64,000 nt of DNA from an uncultured Acidobacteriota bacterium (lineage in GTDB: Bacteria; Acidobacteriota; Thermoanaerobaculia; Gp7-AA8), in NCBI GenBank assembly GCA_963741955.1, contig CAVUKB010000004.1, forward strand, positions 128,001-192,000, read 5' to 3'. A program made the translations under genes and the position numbers. Under the pieces are notes generated by a model that was not told where the DNA came from, did not search any database, and was given only the letters and a program-made list of their open reading frames with translations. Every line of letters starts with the position of its first letter. Position 1 is the first letter of the stretch. Positions 54,514-64,000 of the stretch are shown piece after piece.

Positions 54514-56189
54514 CCGGATCGGGGTCGATCGAGCCCATTCCGGCGGGAACCCCGCGCGGTACGAGCGCGGTGTTCCTCGCGATCCTCGAATGGTGTGTCT
54601 TTGCGATTCAGGCCGTGGCTCTCGGGATCGTTGCAGCACGTAACTTCTTCGCATTGAACCCGGATGCGATGTCGTACTTCCGGATTGCGAAGTACTACGC
54701 GGAAGGGCGATTCGGGCTCGCAGTGAATGGCTACTGGAGTCCGATGCTGAGCTGGATGATGACGCCCCTGGTCGCTACGGACGTCGGCGCGCTGACCGCC
54801 CTTCGGGTCGCGATGATGCTCTCCGCGCTCGTGTTCACGGCCGGATACGACTTCCTCCTGCGCACGGTAGTCGCGGATCGAGCGCTCCGCGTGCTCCTAC
54901 TGGCGCTCCTCGCGGTGGCGACGCTCGCCTGGTCGGTCGAGAACATCACTCCGGACCTCCTGGCCGACGGCATCGTTCTTTTTGCACTCGCCTCCACTCT
55001 GAGGGCGGTTCGGTCGGGATCGAGCGGGATCGGATTCGGTGCCGGAGCGCTCTGGGGGGCGGCGTACCTGGCGAAAGCGGTCAACCTTCCGGTCGCTCTC
55101 GGTTCGCTGCCTCTGCTCGTGCTTCTCATTCATGCCGAGGATGGGGATCGGTCGCGCTCACGGCAGGCGCGGCTGCTTCTGTTCGCCGGAGCCGGTCTCG
55201 CCGCCGTCGCTCTTCCGTGGATCGTGACGCTGTCGATCCTGTATCAGCGTCCGACGTTCTCGACGGCGGGGAGGATCGCGCACGCGATCGTCGGGCCGAC
55301 GGACCGAGACCGGCGGCTCCCGATGTTCGTGAACTTCGTCACGCCGCCACAGGGTCGGATCACGATCTGGGAGGAGCCCTCGCGTTCTCCATTCGCGTAC
55401 TGGTCACCATTCGAGAGTTCGGCGTATTTTCGGCATCAGGTGAATCTGTTCCGCTCGAATGCCGCATTGATCTGGAAGACGCTCGCCAGCTTCGATCTCC
55501 TCGGCTTCGGCTTGACCGCTGGTCTCGCATCGTTGTTCGCGCTGCTCGTGCGGCCCTCTATCGAACGAAAGTTTCCGTGGATCGTATCGATCGTGCCCTT
55601 TCCATTGGTCTGCCTCATTTATGCGCAGGTCTTCGCGGTCGACAGCCGTTACTATTACGTGGTCTGGCCACTTCTACTGCTCTGTGCGGTCGAGTGGGGA
55701 CGCGTCGCCGGGATGCGGCTCTTCGGCCGGCGCGGTGCGCACATCGCGGCGGCGATCGTGATGGCGTCCTTTGCGCTCGCTCTCCGCCGGCCGGTGGAGG
55801 CGGCGTGGGGAGGGCTGTCGGACGATGCAGGTCGATCCGCGTACGCTCTGGCCGCCGCTCTACGGCGGGAGGGGCGGGTCGGGCCCGTCGCGGGTGCTGC
55901 CGACGTCCCGGGCGGGATGGGTGGACTCGATCTCGCGTTCTTTCTGGAACAGCCGTGGTGTGGTGACGAGCCGGAACTGTCGGTCGACGATCTTCGGAGA
56001 TCGGACGCGCGTCTCTACGTGCTCGCTTCGAGTGATGAAGCGGACGAGGCAAAGCTCGCCCGCGCGCCCGATTTCGTGCGGCTCGACTTGGGGAGCGGAT
56101 TGCCGCAGAACGGATCGAATTTCCCGTTGACGGTTTTCTGGCGGAAGGAAGCCGTGAGCGATGACGGTCGTGTTCCGCGCTCGCGATGA
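54510..56189 (+). CDS. Multi-pass membrane protein, GT-C-like
   Basis: Many TM segments, NPDAMSY, TPDLL, YLAK; coupled to GT2 and methyltransferase. Confidence 0.7.
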   Translation: MTGSGSIEPIPAGTPRGTSAVFLAILEWCVFAIQAVALGIVAARNFFALNPDAMSYFRIAKYYAEGRFGLAVNGYWSPMLSWMMTPLVATDVGALTALRVAMMLSALVFTAGYDFLLRTVVADRALRVLLLALLAVATLAWSVENITPDLLADGIVLFALASTLRAVRSGSSGIGFGAGALWGAAYLAKAVNLPVALGSLPLLVLLIHAEDGDRSRSRQARLLLFAGAGLAAVALPWIVTLSILYQRPTFSTAGRIAHAIVGPTDRDRRLPMFVNFVTPPQGRITIWEEPSRSPFAYWSPFESSAYFRHQVNLFRSNAALIWKTLASFDLLGFGLTAGLASLFALLVRPSIERKFPWIVSIVPFPLVCLIYAQVFAVDSRYYYVVWPLLLLCAVEWGRVAGMRLFGRRGAHIAAAIVMASFALALRRPVEAAWGGLSDDAGRSAYALAAALRREGRVGPVAGAADVPGGMGGLDLAFFLEQPWCGDEPELSVDDLRRSDARLYVLASSDEADEAKLARAPDFVRLDLGSGLPQNGSNFPLTVFWRKEAVSDDGRVPRSR

Positions 56190-56368
56190 ATGCGGAGGGT
56201 GAGCGGGGGAGCTCCGGCCGCGGGAATCACGAGTTTGTACGGGCACGACAGTGGCATGCGGTTTCGCGCGGATCCGGGAGTGGTGTAAGCTCCGGGAGGA
56301 GTGAGGCATCCGGCTGCGATCTGCGGCCGCGCGGCGTTTCGGCTGCCCGGGAGCGCCAGAGCGAAGTC

Positions 56369-57430
56369 ATGGAACGAGTGAGGGCCATTCTCTGGGGGGG
56401 ATCGTTCACGGCGGTCGTCGCGATTCTCGTCGTCGTCGGTTCACGGAACCTCGAGCACTTCGACGCCGCGCTGGTCGGCTACACGTTCGCCGTTCTTTTC
56501 GCGACGTTCGCCATCGTCTACCGCTACGCGATGTGGCTCCAGCGTCCTCCCACCGCACTCTACTGGCGCCGCGGATGGCAGTTGTTCTTCCGTCCCCGCT
56601 TTCTCGCGAGCAATGTCCGCGAATGGTTCGTGCGGGTGGTCAGCGAGTTCGCGCTCAACCAGTTCATCTTCCGGCGCGACCGGCTTCGCGGGATCACGCA
56701 CTGGCTGATCATGTGGGGCTGCATCCTCGGCTGTGCGATCACGTTTCCCCTCGTCTTCGGGTGGATCCATTTCGAAACGGTGCCCGGGCATCTCGACACG
56801 TACCAGGCGTACCTCTTCGGGTTTCCCACCACCACGTTTCCGATCGAATCGTTGACCGGCTTTCTGGTTTTCCACGGACTGGTGTGGGCGTCCTTCCTGG
56901 TCATCGCGGGCGTGATGCTCGCGATGCGGAGGCGGATGCGGGACCACGGAGCCGCGGCGGTCCAGCGTTTCGGCGAAGATTTTCTTCCGCTGATCCTTCT
57001 CTTCTCGATCAGCGTGACCGGGCTGATGCTGACCGCGAGTTACACGTGGATGAAGGGATACGCGTACGACTTTCTCGCGATCCTCCACGCGGTCACGGTG
57101 ATCTTCACTCTCCTGTGGTTGCCGTTCGGAAAGTTCTTCCACATTTTCCAGAGGCCGGCGCAGCTGGGCGTGGCGTTCTACCAGAAGGTGGGGGCCGCCG
57201 AGGAGATGGCCCGATGCGCGAGGTGTAGTGAGGAGTATGCGCCGCTCATCCAGATCGAAGATCTGATGAAAGTGGAGCGGAAGCTCGGCTACCACTACGC
57301 ACTCGAACGAGGGGGCGTGGATCATTACCAGAGGATCTGTCCCGCATGCCGCCGTTCCATGCTCGGCGTCGCGCAGGGGAGGATCTGGGAACGGAGCGCC
57401 GGTCCGAATCCGCCGGCGGAGTCGATCTGA
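56369..57430 (+). CDS. NarI-like membrane subunit with C-terminal Cys motifs
   Basis: TM helices with His (HWLIMWG, FHGL, ILHA, PFGKFFH); CxxC...CPxC. Confidence 0.75.
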   Translation: MERVRAILWGGSFTAVVAILVVVGSRNLEHFDAALVGYTFAVLFATFAIVYRYAMWLQRPPTALYWRRGWQLFFRPRFLASNVREWFVRVVSEFALNQFIFRRDRLRGITHWLIMWGCILGCAITFPLVFGWIHFETVPGHLDTYQAYLFGFPTTTFPIESLTGFLVFHGLVWASFLVIAGVMLAMRRRMRDHGAAAVQRFGEDFLPLILLFSISVTGLMLTASYTWMKGYAYDFLAILHAVTVIFTLLWLPFGKFFHIFQRPAQLGVAFYQKVGAAEEMARCARCSEEYAPLIQIEDLMKVERKLGYHYALERGGVDHYQRICPACRRSMLGVAQGRIWERSAGPNPPAESI

Positions 57431-57433
57431 ATC

Positions 57434-59665
57434 ATGGCAAAACTTCCGGCAGCACCCGAGACTCTGGCCGAACATTTCGGACCGCACCTCGCGCGGTCGG
57501 AGGGCGCGAGGCTGGAGACCGACGTCGAACCGGACCGGCTGGTGAAGACGCACTGCTGCTTCTGCGGACAGCAGTGCGGCATTCAGCTGAAGGTCCGCGA
57601 CAACGAAGTGATCGGATTCGAGCCGTGGCTGGAGTTTCCCTTCAACAAGGGGATGCTCTGTCCGAAGGGGGTGAAGCGCTACCTCCAGGGCTCGCATCCG
57701 GACCGGCTGAAGACGGCGCTCCGGCGTGATCCATCGTCGCCGAAGGGGTTCAGCCCGATCGGATATGACGAGGCGATCCGCCGGGTGGCGGGAGAGATCG
57801 AGCGGATCCAGCGCGAGCACGGGCGGGACGCGTTCGCGCTACTCAGCGGCGCGAGCATCACCACCGAGAGGGCGTACCTGATCGGGAAGTTCGCGCACAT
57901 GACGCTCCGCACCGCGAACATCGATTACAACGGGCGGCTCTGCATGGTGAGTGCAGGAGCGGGGAACAAGAAGGCGTTCGGAATCGACCGGGCCGCGAAT
58001 CCATGGTCGGACATCCCGAAGGCGGACGTGGTCTGGATCAGCGGAGCGAACATCGCCGAGTGCGCGCCGATCACGACGAACTACGTCTGGCAGGCGCGAG
58101 AGAACGGGGCGAAGATCATCGTGGTCGATCCCCGGATCACTCCGATCGCCCGGACCTGCGATCTTTTTCTGCCGGTCAAGCCGGGACGCGACGTGGTGCT
58201 CTTCAACGGGATTCTCCATCTGATGATCGAGAACGACTGGGTCGACCACGATTTCATCGAACGTTGGACGATCGGATTCGACGCGGTTGCGGAGAACGTA
58301 CGCGAATGGACGCCGCGCAAGACTGCGGAAGTCACAGGGATCGCAGAGAAGGCCATCCGCCAGGCCGCGGAGATGTGGGGGACGGCGAAGAGCAGCTTTC
58401 TCCTCCACGCGCGCGGAATCGAGCACCACAGCCACGGCGTGCAGAACGTTCTCGGCGCAATCGACATCGTGCTCGCTTCGGGTCGCATCGGACGGGAAGG
58501 CTGCGGTTACGCCACGATCACCGGCCAGGCGAACGGGCAGGGTGGCCGCGAGCATGGACAGAAATGCGATCAACTTCCGGGATACCGGGACCTCGGCAAT
58601 CCGGAGCACCGGGAGTACATCGCCGGCGTGTGGGGAATCGCGGCGGACGATCTCCCGCAGCCGGGTGTCGACGCGTACGAGATCTTCCGGAAGATCGACA
58701 GTGGGGAGATCAAGGGTCTCCTCAGCATCTGCTTCAACCCGAAAGTCTCGCTGCCGGACAACAACTTCATCACCCGCGCGCTCGGCAAGCTCGACTTCTA
58801 CGCCAATATCGAGTTCTTCCTCAGCGAGACCGCGCAGCATGCGGACATCGTTCTTCCAGGCGCCCTGCAGGAGGAGGACGAAGGAGTCGTGGCGCAGCTC
58901 GAGGGGAGAGTGATCAAGATCAACAAGGCGGTCGATCCTCCCGGTGACGCGAGGCAGGACTGGCGCATCATTCAGGATCTCGCCCGCGCGCTGGGGCGGG
59001 AAAAGGGGATGACCTTCGCCTCGCCGCGGGAGATGTTCGACGAACTGCGCGTCGCGTCCCGGGGAGGAATCGCGGACTACTCCGGGATCACCTGGGAGAA
59101 GATCGAGAAGGAGGGAGGGGTCTTCTGGCCGTGCCCGGACGAGAGCAGTCCGGGAACGCCGCGCCTGTTCGAGACGGGGTCGTGGAATCCGATCGCAAAA
59201 GGGGCGGGACCGTTCTATTTCCCCGACGGGAAGGCGCGGTTCAACGTGGCTGTCTACACCCCGCCGGCCGAAGACGTCGACCAGGAGTATCCGATCATCC
59301 TGACCACCGGACGGGTGGTGAGCCAGTTTCTCTCGGGGACCCAGACGCGGCGGATCGGGCCGCTGGTGGACCAGTACCCGGAGCCGCGCATCGAGATGCA
59401 TCCGCGGATGGCGGAGAAATACGGGATCGCGGACGGCGACTGGGTGACCGTCGAATCACGTCGTGGAGACCTGACCCTTCAGGCGATGGTGGTGACCACC
59501 ATCCGTCCCGACACGATCTTCATTCCGTACCACTGGGGCGGAAGGAAGGCGGCGAACCAGCTGACGATCTCCGCCCAGGACCCGATCTCCAAGATTCCCG
59601 AGTACAAGGTCTGCGCGGTACGGATTCGGAAGGGAGAGGCGAAACCAGCATGGGCGAACGAATGA
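57434..59665 (+). CDS. Molybdopterin oxidoreductase catalytic subunit (NasA/NarB/Fdh clade)
   Basis: [11 protein letters not shown]...LCPKG, NGRLCM, GQANGQG, LTTGR, PEYK. Confidence 0.92.
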   Translation: MAKLPAAPETLAEHFGPHLARSEGARLETDVEPDRLVKTHCCFCGQQCGIQLKVRDNEVIGFEPWLEFPFNKGMLCPKGVKRYLQGSHPDRLKTALRRDPSSPKGFSPIGYDEAIRRVAGEIERIQREHGRDAFALLSGASITTERAYLIGKFAHMTLRTANIDYNGRLCMVSAGAGNKKAFGIDRAANPWSDIPKADVVWISGANIAECAPITTNYVWQARENGAKIIVVDPRITPIARTCDLFLPVKPGRDVVLFNGILHLMIENDWVDHDFIERWTIGFDAVAENVREWTPRKTAEVTGIAEKAIRQAAEMWGTAKSSFLLHARGIEHHSHGVQNVLGAIDIVLASGRIGREGCGYATITGQANGQGGREHGQKCDQLPGYRDLGNPEHREYIAGVWGIAADDLPQPGVDAYEIFRKIDSGEIKGLLSICFNPKVSLPDNNFITRALGKLDFYANIEFFLSETAQHADIVLPGALQEEDEGVVAQLEGRVIKINKAVDPPGDARQDWRIIQDLARALGREKGMTFASPREMFDELRVASRGGIADYSGITWEKIEKEGGVFWPCPDESSPGTPRLFETGSWNPIAKGAGPFYFPDGKARFNVAVYTPPAEDVDQEYPIILTTGRVVSQFLSGTQTRRIGPLVDQYPEPRIEMHPRMAEKYGIADGDWVTVESRRGDLTLQAMVVTTIRPDTIFIPYHWGGRKAANQLTISAQDPISKIPEYKVCAVRIRKGEAKPAWANE

Positions 59666-59682
59666 CGGGCGACCACTGAGAG

Positions 59683-60318
59683 ATGGTACCGGAGTCGATG
59701 GAGTTCTTCGTGGATCCGAACCGATGCATCGGATGCCAGTCGTGCGTCCAGGCATGCTCGGAGTGCGACACCCACAAGGGTCACTCGATGATTCATCTCG
59801 AGTACGTGGCCCGGCCGATCTCGGTGCAGACGGTTCCGGTGATCTGCATGCACTGCGACTCGCCGACCTGTGCCGAGGTGTGTCCGGCGGATGCGATCAA
59901 GCGGACCGAAGACGGAGTGGTGCAGAGCGCGCGAAAACCGAGGTGCATCGCGTGCAACAACTGCGTGTACGCGTGCCCGTTCGGTGTCCCGAAGATGAAG
60001 ACCGAACTGAAACTGATGATGAAGTGCGACATGTGCTACGACCGGACCACGGTCGGAAAGAAACCGATGTGTGCGACGGTCTGTCCGAGCGGGGCGCTGC
60101 ACTACGGAACGCGGGCGGAGATCGAGTCGCTGCGTCCGCGGTCGACGCCGATCCACGAGTTCCGATTCGGCGAACAGACCATCACCACGAAGGTGAACAT
60201 GATGGTGCCGAAAGATCAGCCCGTCGCGAACATCGACGTCACGTCTGCGATGGACGAAGGGCCGGTCGGCCGTGAGCGGCCGATGAACCTTCTGGACGAC
60301 ATTTTCGAGAGCGACTGA
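59683..60318 (+). CDS. 4Fe-4S dicluster electron-transfer subunit
   Basis: [37 protein letters not shown]...C..VCP. Confidence 0.95.
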   Translation: MVPESMEFFVDPNRCIGCQSCVQACSECDTHKGHSMIHLEYVARPISVQTVPVICMHCDSPTCAEVCPADAIKRTEDGVVQSARKPRCIACNNCVYACPFGVPKMKTELKLMMKCDMCYDRTTVGKKPMCATVCPSGALHYGTRAEIESLRPRSTPIHEFRFGEQTITTKVNMMVPKDQPVANIDVTSAMDEGPVGRERPMNLLDDIFESD

Positions 60319-60327
60319 GACGAGACC

Positions 60328-60879
60328 ATGGTTCGCATCGAGGATCCCGACCGACTGAGCATTCCTCCCGACGCGCGTCCGGACGAGGAGCAGCCGCAGT
60401 GGCGAAAAGACTTCGCCATCGACTGGCCGAAGGACGACTACATCGCGAGGCGCGACTTCACCAAGTTCATGGTGCTGACGAGCTTCGCATTCGTGATGGG
60501 ACAGTTCTGGATCGTCTTCCAGAACCTGGCGCGGAGCAGAAAAGGGGAGCCGCCGATCCGGAGGATCGCGGCACTCAGCGAGATTCCGCCCGGAAGCGCG
60601 AAAGGCTTCACCTACCCGGAGCCGCATGACGATTGCCTCCTGGTGCGCTTTGCGTCGGGCGAGCTCGCCGCGTTCAGCCAGAAATGCACCCACCTGTCGT
60701 GCGCGGTGAAGCCGGAATTCGGCTCGGGGCGGTTCCACTGTCCCTGCCACGAAGGGTGGTTCGACATGGCGAGTGGGGCGCCGCTGGCCGGACCTCCGCG
60801 GCGTCCGCTCCCGCGAATCCGGCTGGAGGTCCGGAACGGCGAGATCTACGCGACGGGTGTGGAGTTGAGGACGACATGA
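60328..60879 (+). CDS. Rieske 2Fe-2S protein
   Basis: CTHLSC...CPCH; RRDF followed by a hydrophobic segment. Confidence 0.93.
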   Translation: MVRIEDPDRLSIPPDARPDEEQPQWRKDFAIDWPKDDYIARRDFTKFMVLTSFAFVMGQFWIVFQNLARSRKGEPPIRRIAALSEIPPGSAKGFTYPEPHDDCLLVRFASGELAAFSQKCTHLSCAVKPEFGSGRFHCPCHEGWFDMASGAPLAGPPRRPLPRIRLEVRNGEIYATGVELRTT

Positions 60880-61100
60880 GACGACCGTTCTCGAGATCCC
60901 AGAAGACGACCATCGTGTACGGCATTCTCTGTATCGTGATGCTGATCGTGGTTCTGCAGCTCTGGCTGCTGACGGCGACGATGAACGCATGGCTCGGCGG
61001 AGACGTTTCGGTCGTCCTTCCCGCCGCGTTCGCGAGCCTCGGCTGCTTCGGGTTGAACGGAGGGCTGCTCTGGTATCTCTACCGGCTCGATCGGGCGTGA
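60876..61100 (+). CDS. Small two-TM membrane protein
   Basis: ATGA overlap; QLWLL motif. Confidence 0.75.
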   Translation: MRRPFSRSQKTTIVYGILCIVMLIVVLQLWLLTATMNAWLGGDVSVVLPAAFASLGCFGLNGGLLWYLYRLDRA

Positions 61101-61113
61101 GGCGACGGCTGGA

Positions 61114-62202
61114 ATGACGGGCTCGCGCGCGCTCACGCAACCCCGCTGGAAGCGTGCGGTGGAGGAGTTCTCCGCGGTGAACTTCGCCATGGTGATGGCC
61201 ACCGGCATCGTCTCCATCGCCGCCGAGCTCCTGGGGTGGGAAGCGGTCGGCATCATTCTCTTCTGGGTCAACGTCACGGCGTTCGCGCTCTTTCTGGTGA
61301 TGATGACGGCGCGGGTGGCGCTCTTCCCGCGGCGGGTGTTCTCCGAGATGATCGATCACATGCTCGGGGCTGGATACTTCACCGCCGTCGCGGCGTCGTG
61401 CATTCTCGGGACGCAGCTGATCCGGCTCTTCGGGAACTATCACCTGGCGATGGTCCTCTGGATCTTCGGCATCGTTCTGTGGGTGGGGCTCACGTACACG
61501 TTCTTCACCGCGCTGACGGTGAAGGAAGAGAAGCCGCTGCTGAATGAGGGGATCAGCGGGGCGTGGCTCGTGGCGGTGGTCGCCACACAGTCGATCGCGA
61601 TCCTCTCCACGCTGATGGCCGCGCACTGGCCGCAGCCGTGGCGTCTGATGGCGAACTTCCTCGGGTTGTCGATGTGGCTGTGGGGCGGAATGCTCTACAT
61701 CTGGATGATCTCGCTGATCTTCTACCGCTACACGTTCTTCAAGTTCCCGCCGGGAGACCTGACCCCGCCGTACTGGATCAACATGGGAGCGATGGCGATC
61801 TCGACTCTGGCCGGTTCGCTGCTGATCGTGAACAGCGGTCCCGAGGCTCCGTATCTGATGTCGCTTCGTCCGTTTCTGGAAGGATTCACGGTGTTCTATT
61901 GGGCGACCGGAACGTGGTGGATTCCGATGCTGGTGCTGCTCGGGTTCTGGCGCTACGTCTACAAGGGATATCCGCTGCAGTACGACCCGCTGTACTGGGG
62001 CGCGGTCTTTCCGCTCGGGATGTACACCGCGGCGACGTTCCAGATGGCGCACGCGATGAAGCTCGGGTTCCTCCTCCCGCTCCCCCGAGGCTTTTTCTTC
62101 ATCGCGCTCGGCGCGTGGCTGATGACGTTCGTGGGACTCTGCCGATCCTCGCTGCGGAGCGGAGGGATGGCGCTGTCCGCAGGGGGAGGGCGCGGGGTGT
62201 GA
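61114..62202 (+). CDS. TDT/SLAC1-family (tellurite-resistance/C4-dicarboxylate) anion transporter
   Basis: FAMVMATGIVS, PPYWINMGA, YWGAVFPLGMY. Confidence 0.9.
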   Translation: MTGSRALTQPRWKRAVEEFSAVNFAMVMATGIVSIAAELLGWEAVGIILFWVNVTAFALFLVMMTARVALFPRRVFSEMIDHMLGAGYFTAVAASCILGTQLIRLFGNYHLAMVLWIFGIVLWVGLTYTFFTALTVKEEKPLLNEGISGAWLVAVVATQSIAILSTLMAAHWPQPWRLMANFLGLSMWLWGGMLYIWMISLIFYRYTFFKFPPGDLTPPYWINMGAMAISTLAGSLLIVNSGPEAPYLMSLRPFLEGFTVFYWATGTWWIPMLVLLGFWRYVYKGYPLQYDPLYWGAVFPLGMYTAATFQMAHAMKLGFLLPLPRGFFFIALGAWLMTFVGLCRSSLRSGGMALSAGGGRGV

Positions 62203-62295
62203 GTGGTTTTTCCACGGCATCCGAAGGCGCGTGAGCTCCCCTCTGCTGGGGGAGTCGTCCGGGCGAGGCATCAGCGTTCCGTTTCCGGGGGCGCC

Positions 62296-62330
62296 TTGAC
62301 GCCTCATGTGTACCGTGGTACATTCGTACC
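62296..62330 (+). promoter_or_regulatory. Sigma70-type promoter with overlapping palindrome; probable leaderless transcript
   Basis: TTGACG-N17-TACATT preceded by TGG; TGTACC-GT-GGTACA; ATG 6 nt downstream. Confidence 0.55.
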
Positions 62331-62645
62331 ATGATCGAAGTTGACCGCACCCAGACCGGCGTCCGGATCGAGAAGCGGATCCTGAAGGTCCTCAAAGGGC
62401 TCGCCGAGTACCACGACCTCACCCTCGGCGATCTGCTCGAGGGGATCGTCCTCCACGTCTTCGAAGGGAAGACTCCGTTCGGGCCGACCTCGCTGAAGAA
62501 GATCGCGGAGCTGAAGAAGACCTACGAACTGGATCTCGACGCGAGCGCTTCGCACCAGCTGGTGGAGCGGAAGGCGGGCGAGACACGGCGCGCGACGAGT
62601 CGCAAGCCGTCGGCGTCCCCGAAGAAGAATCGTTCGAAGGGGTAG
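62331..62645 (+). CDS. Small putative DNA-binding (RHH-like) protein
   Basis: RTQTGVRIEKRILKVLKGLAEYHDLTLGDLLE. Confidence 0.75.
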   Translation: MIEVDRTQTGVRIEKRILKVLKGLAEYHDLTLGDLLEGIVLHVFEGKTPFGPTSLKKIAELKKTYELDLDASASHQLVERKAGETRRATSRKPSASPKKNRSKG

Positions 62646-62732
62646 GGCTCACGCCTCGGCGCGATCTCCGACGGAGAGATGCACGCGCGCGGGATCTCCA
62701 CTTTTCAGCGATCGATGAGCCGAGGTGCGGAG

Positions 62733-63320
62733 ATGAAAGTGTGGATCGGGTTTGCAGCAGGAGTGATCGCGGGAGCGTTGGTGGTTCCGCCGCTCCTCCA
62801 CCATCTTCATGCAGCAATGAAAGGAACGGTTCCGATGACGTCCGCGAATGCCTCTGCACTCGCACACACCCGCGAGAGTTTTTCATTCACCGCGAACGGC
62901 CCGATGAGCGAGGTGGCGCCGCTCTTCGGCGCGGAGAGGGAGAAGGAGTGGGCGAGGGGTTGGGAGCCGCGATTCGTCTGGCCCACGCCCGCCGTTGATC
63001 GGGAAGGGATGGTGTTCACGGTGGCGCACGGCGACAGGACCGCGGTGTGGGTCAACACGCGTTTCGACCTCGAGAAAGGCGACGTGCAGTACGTCTACGT
63101 GATCCCGGAGGTGATGACGACGCGGATCACGCTGAAGATCTCGCGAGACGGGGAGCGGACGCGCGTGAAGGTCGACTATGAGCGTACGGCATTGAGCGCC
63201 GGCGCGGCTCGGCTGGTGCGGGAGATGGCGGAGCACGACGCCACCGCGGGAGAAGAGTGGCGAACCGAGATCGACGCCGCTCACGCGAAGAGGTCGGCGG
63301 GGAGCGCCCGGCGATCGTGA
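62733..63320 (+). CDS. SRPBCC-like hypothetical protein with N-terminal anchor
   Basis: VAPLFGAEREKEWARGW.P; hydrophobic N-terminus. Confidence 0.7.
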   Translation: MKVWIGFAAGVIAGALVVPPLLHHLHAAMKGTVPMTSANASALAHTRESFSFTANGPMSEVAPLFGAEREKEWARGWEPRFVWPTPAVDREGMVFTVAHGDRTAVWVNTRFDLEKGDVQYVYVIPEVMTTRITLKISRDGERTRVKVDYERTALSAGAARLVREMAEHDATAGEEWRTEIDAAHAKRSAGSARRS

Positions 63321-63400
63321 GTGAGAGCTGCGACTGACCGACGATCGCGTCGTCGATCCGAGCCGATACGGCCACGAATCGGCGACGGGGTCGGATCGAG

Positions 63401-63841
63401 TCACCGGTTCTGCTGCAGCGTCTCCTGGGCCGACACCGCGCGCCAGTGGCCGTCGCGGAGGAGAAAGATGTCGGTGAAGCGGATCCGGGCGAGATCGGAG
63501 GGGTCCTTCCCTTCGAGGACGTTCACGCCGGTGACGATGGCAGTGTCGCGTCCGTAGCGACGGACCTTCAGCTCCTCCAACCTGATGGAGTGGTAGGGCC
63601 CTCCGGCGGGAGGGCCGGTGAGGACATCGGCCTTCGTGCGGATGCCGCCGCGGAAGGTCGAGTCGACGAAGGAGTCGTCGAGAAGACGGTCGAGAAACGC
63701 CGTGTCGTGCGTGCGAAGCGCGTCGACCCACTGCTGCTCGATCGCGACGAGATCGGCCGGTGCTGACGGTGGTGCCGACGCGCAGGAAGAGAGCAAGACA
63801 GCGAGGCATGCGGTGACAATACGGATTCGCGTGCTCTTCAT
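63401..63841 (-). CDS. NTF2-like (DUF4440) lipoprotein
   Basis: Lipobox LSSC; LDRLLDDSFV, VRRYGRDTAIVTG, RFTDIF...GHW. Confidence 0.85.
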   Translation of the reverse strand: MKSTRIRIVTACLAVLLSSCASAPPSAPADLVAIEQQWVDALRTHDTAFLDRLLDDSFVDSTFRGGIRTKADVLTGPPAGGPYHSIRLEELKVRRYGRDTAIVTGVNVLEGKDPSDLARIRFTDIFLLRDGHWRAVSAQETLQQNR

Positions 63842-64000
63842 TTCGGGTGCCCCCCGGTCCGGCGAGTATAGCCTGACCGGCAGTGCCGAGGAGTGCCAGG
63901 AGTACATCAAGGCGGTCTTTTCCGACGGCTCGGTGTCGGATCCGAAGAAGTTCGACTTCTGTGAGGACGATCTGGAGATCGAGTTCGAGTAGCGGTTCGG

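Noticed and set aside
59479-62307. 942-aa minus-strand ORF and similar long antisense ORFs (3806-5266, 16092-17681, 40487-42292, 57839-59401)
   Set aside because: Shadow frames of real genes in high-GC DNA; Arg/Pro-rich with no recognisable motifs.
63860-63992. Acidic peptide at the window end
   Set aside because: No credible start codon and the ORF overlaps the divergent DUF4440 gene; cannot be supported.

Overview
GC-rich bacterial DNA with two parts. (1) ~1-52.5 kb is a large polymorphic-toxin island. It opens with the 3' part of a giant Rhs/YD-repeat gene ending in a Tle1/DUF2235 lipase-like toxin, followed by a lipoprotein immunity gene. Nine orphan toxin-immunity cassettes follow, all on +. 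Eight are built on three distinct Rhs stem families (A, B, C) and one retains only Hint plus toxin. Their tips are WHH/HNH, REase-7, GIY-YIG, NucA/B, Zn-PLC-like, HNH-like and PD-(D/E)xK. Between cassettes, on the minus strand, lie defence/TA cargo genes (TIR, DUF4238, XRE, RelBE-like, DUF433/PIN), plus ISL3, IS66, IS256, IS21 and rve-integrase elements, a MITE and a 5'-truncated group II intron. The island is punctuated by about 20 copies of a non-coding end motif, GGGGTCA(G/C)..CTTCG, often followed 28-29 nt later by TAA-N19-TT(A/C/G). The motif is linked to several relics of a Y1/HUH (RAYT-like) transposase with a DnaA-C-like tail, and it sits at several cassette and cargo junctions. This is the best candidate for an undescribed cassette-assembly system. 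(2) 52.6-64 kb is ordinary chromosome: GT2, methyltransferase, a membrane protein, a molybdopterin oxidoreductase/4Fe-4S/Rieske operon, a TDT transporter and small proteins. Family assignments are by eye from motifs; no searches were run.
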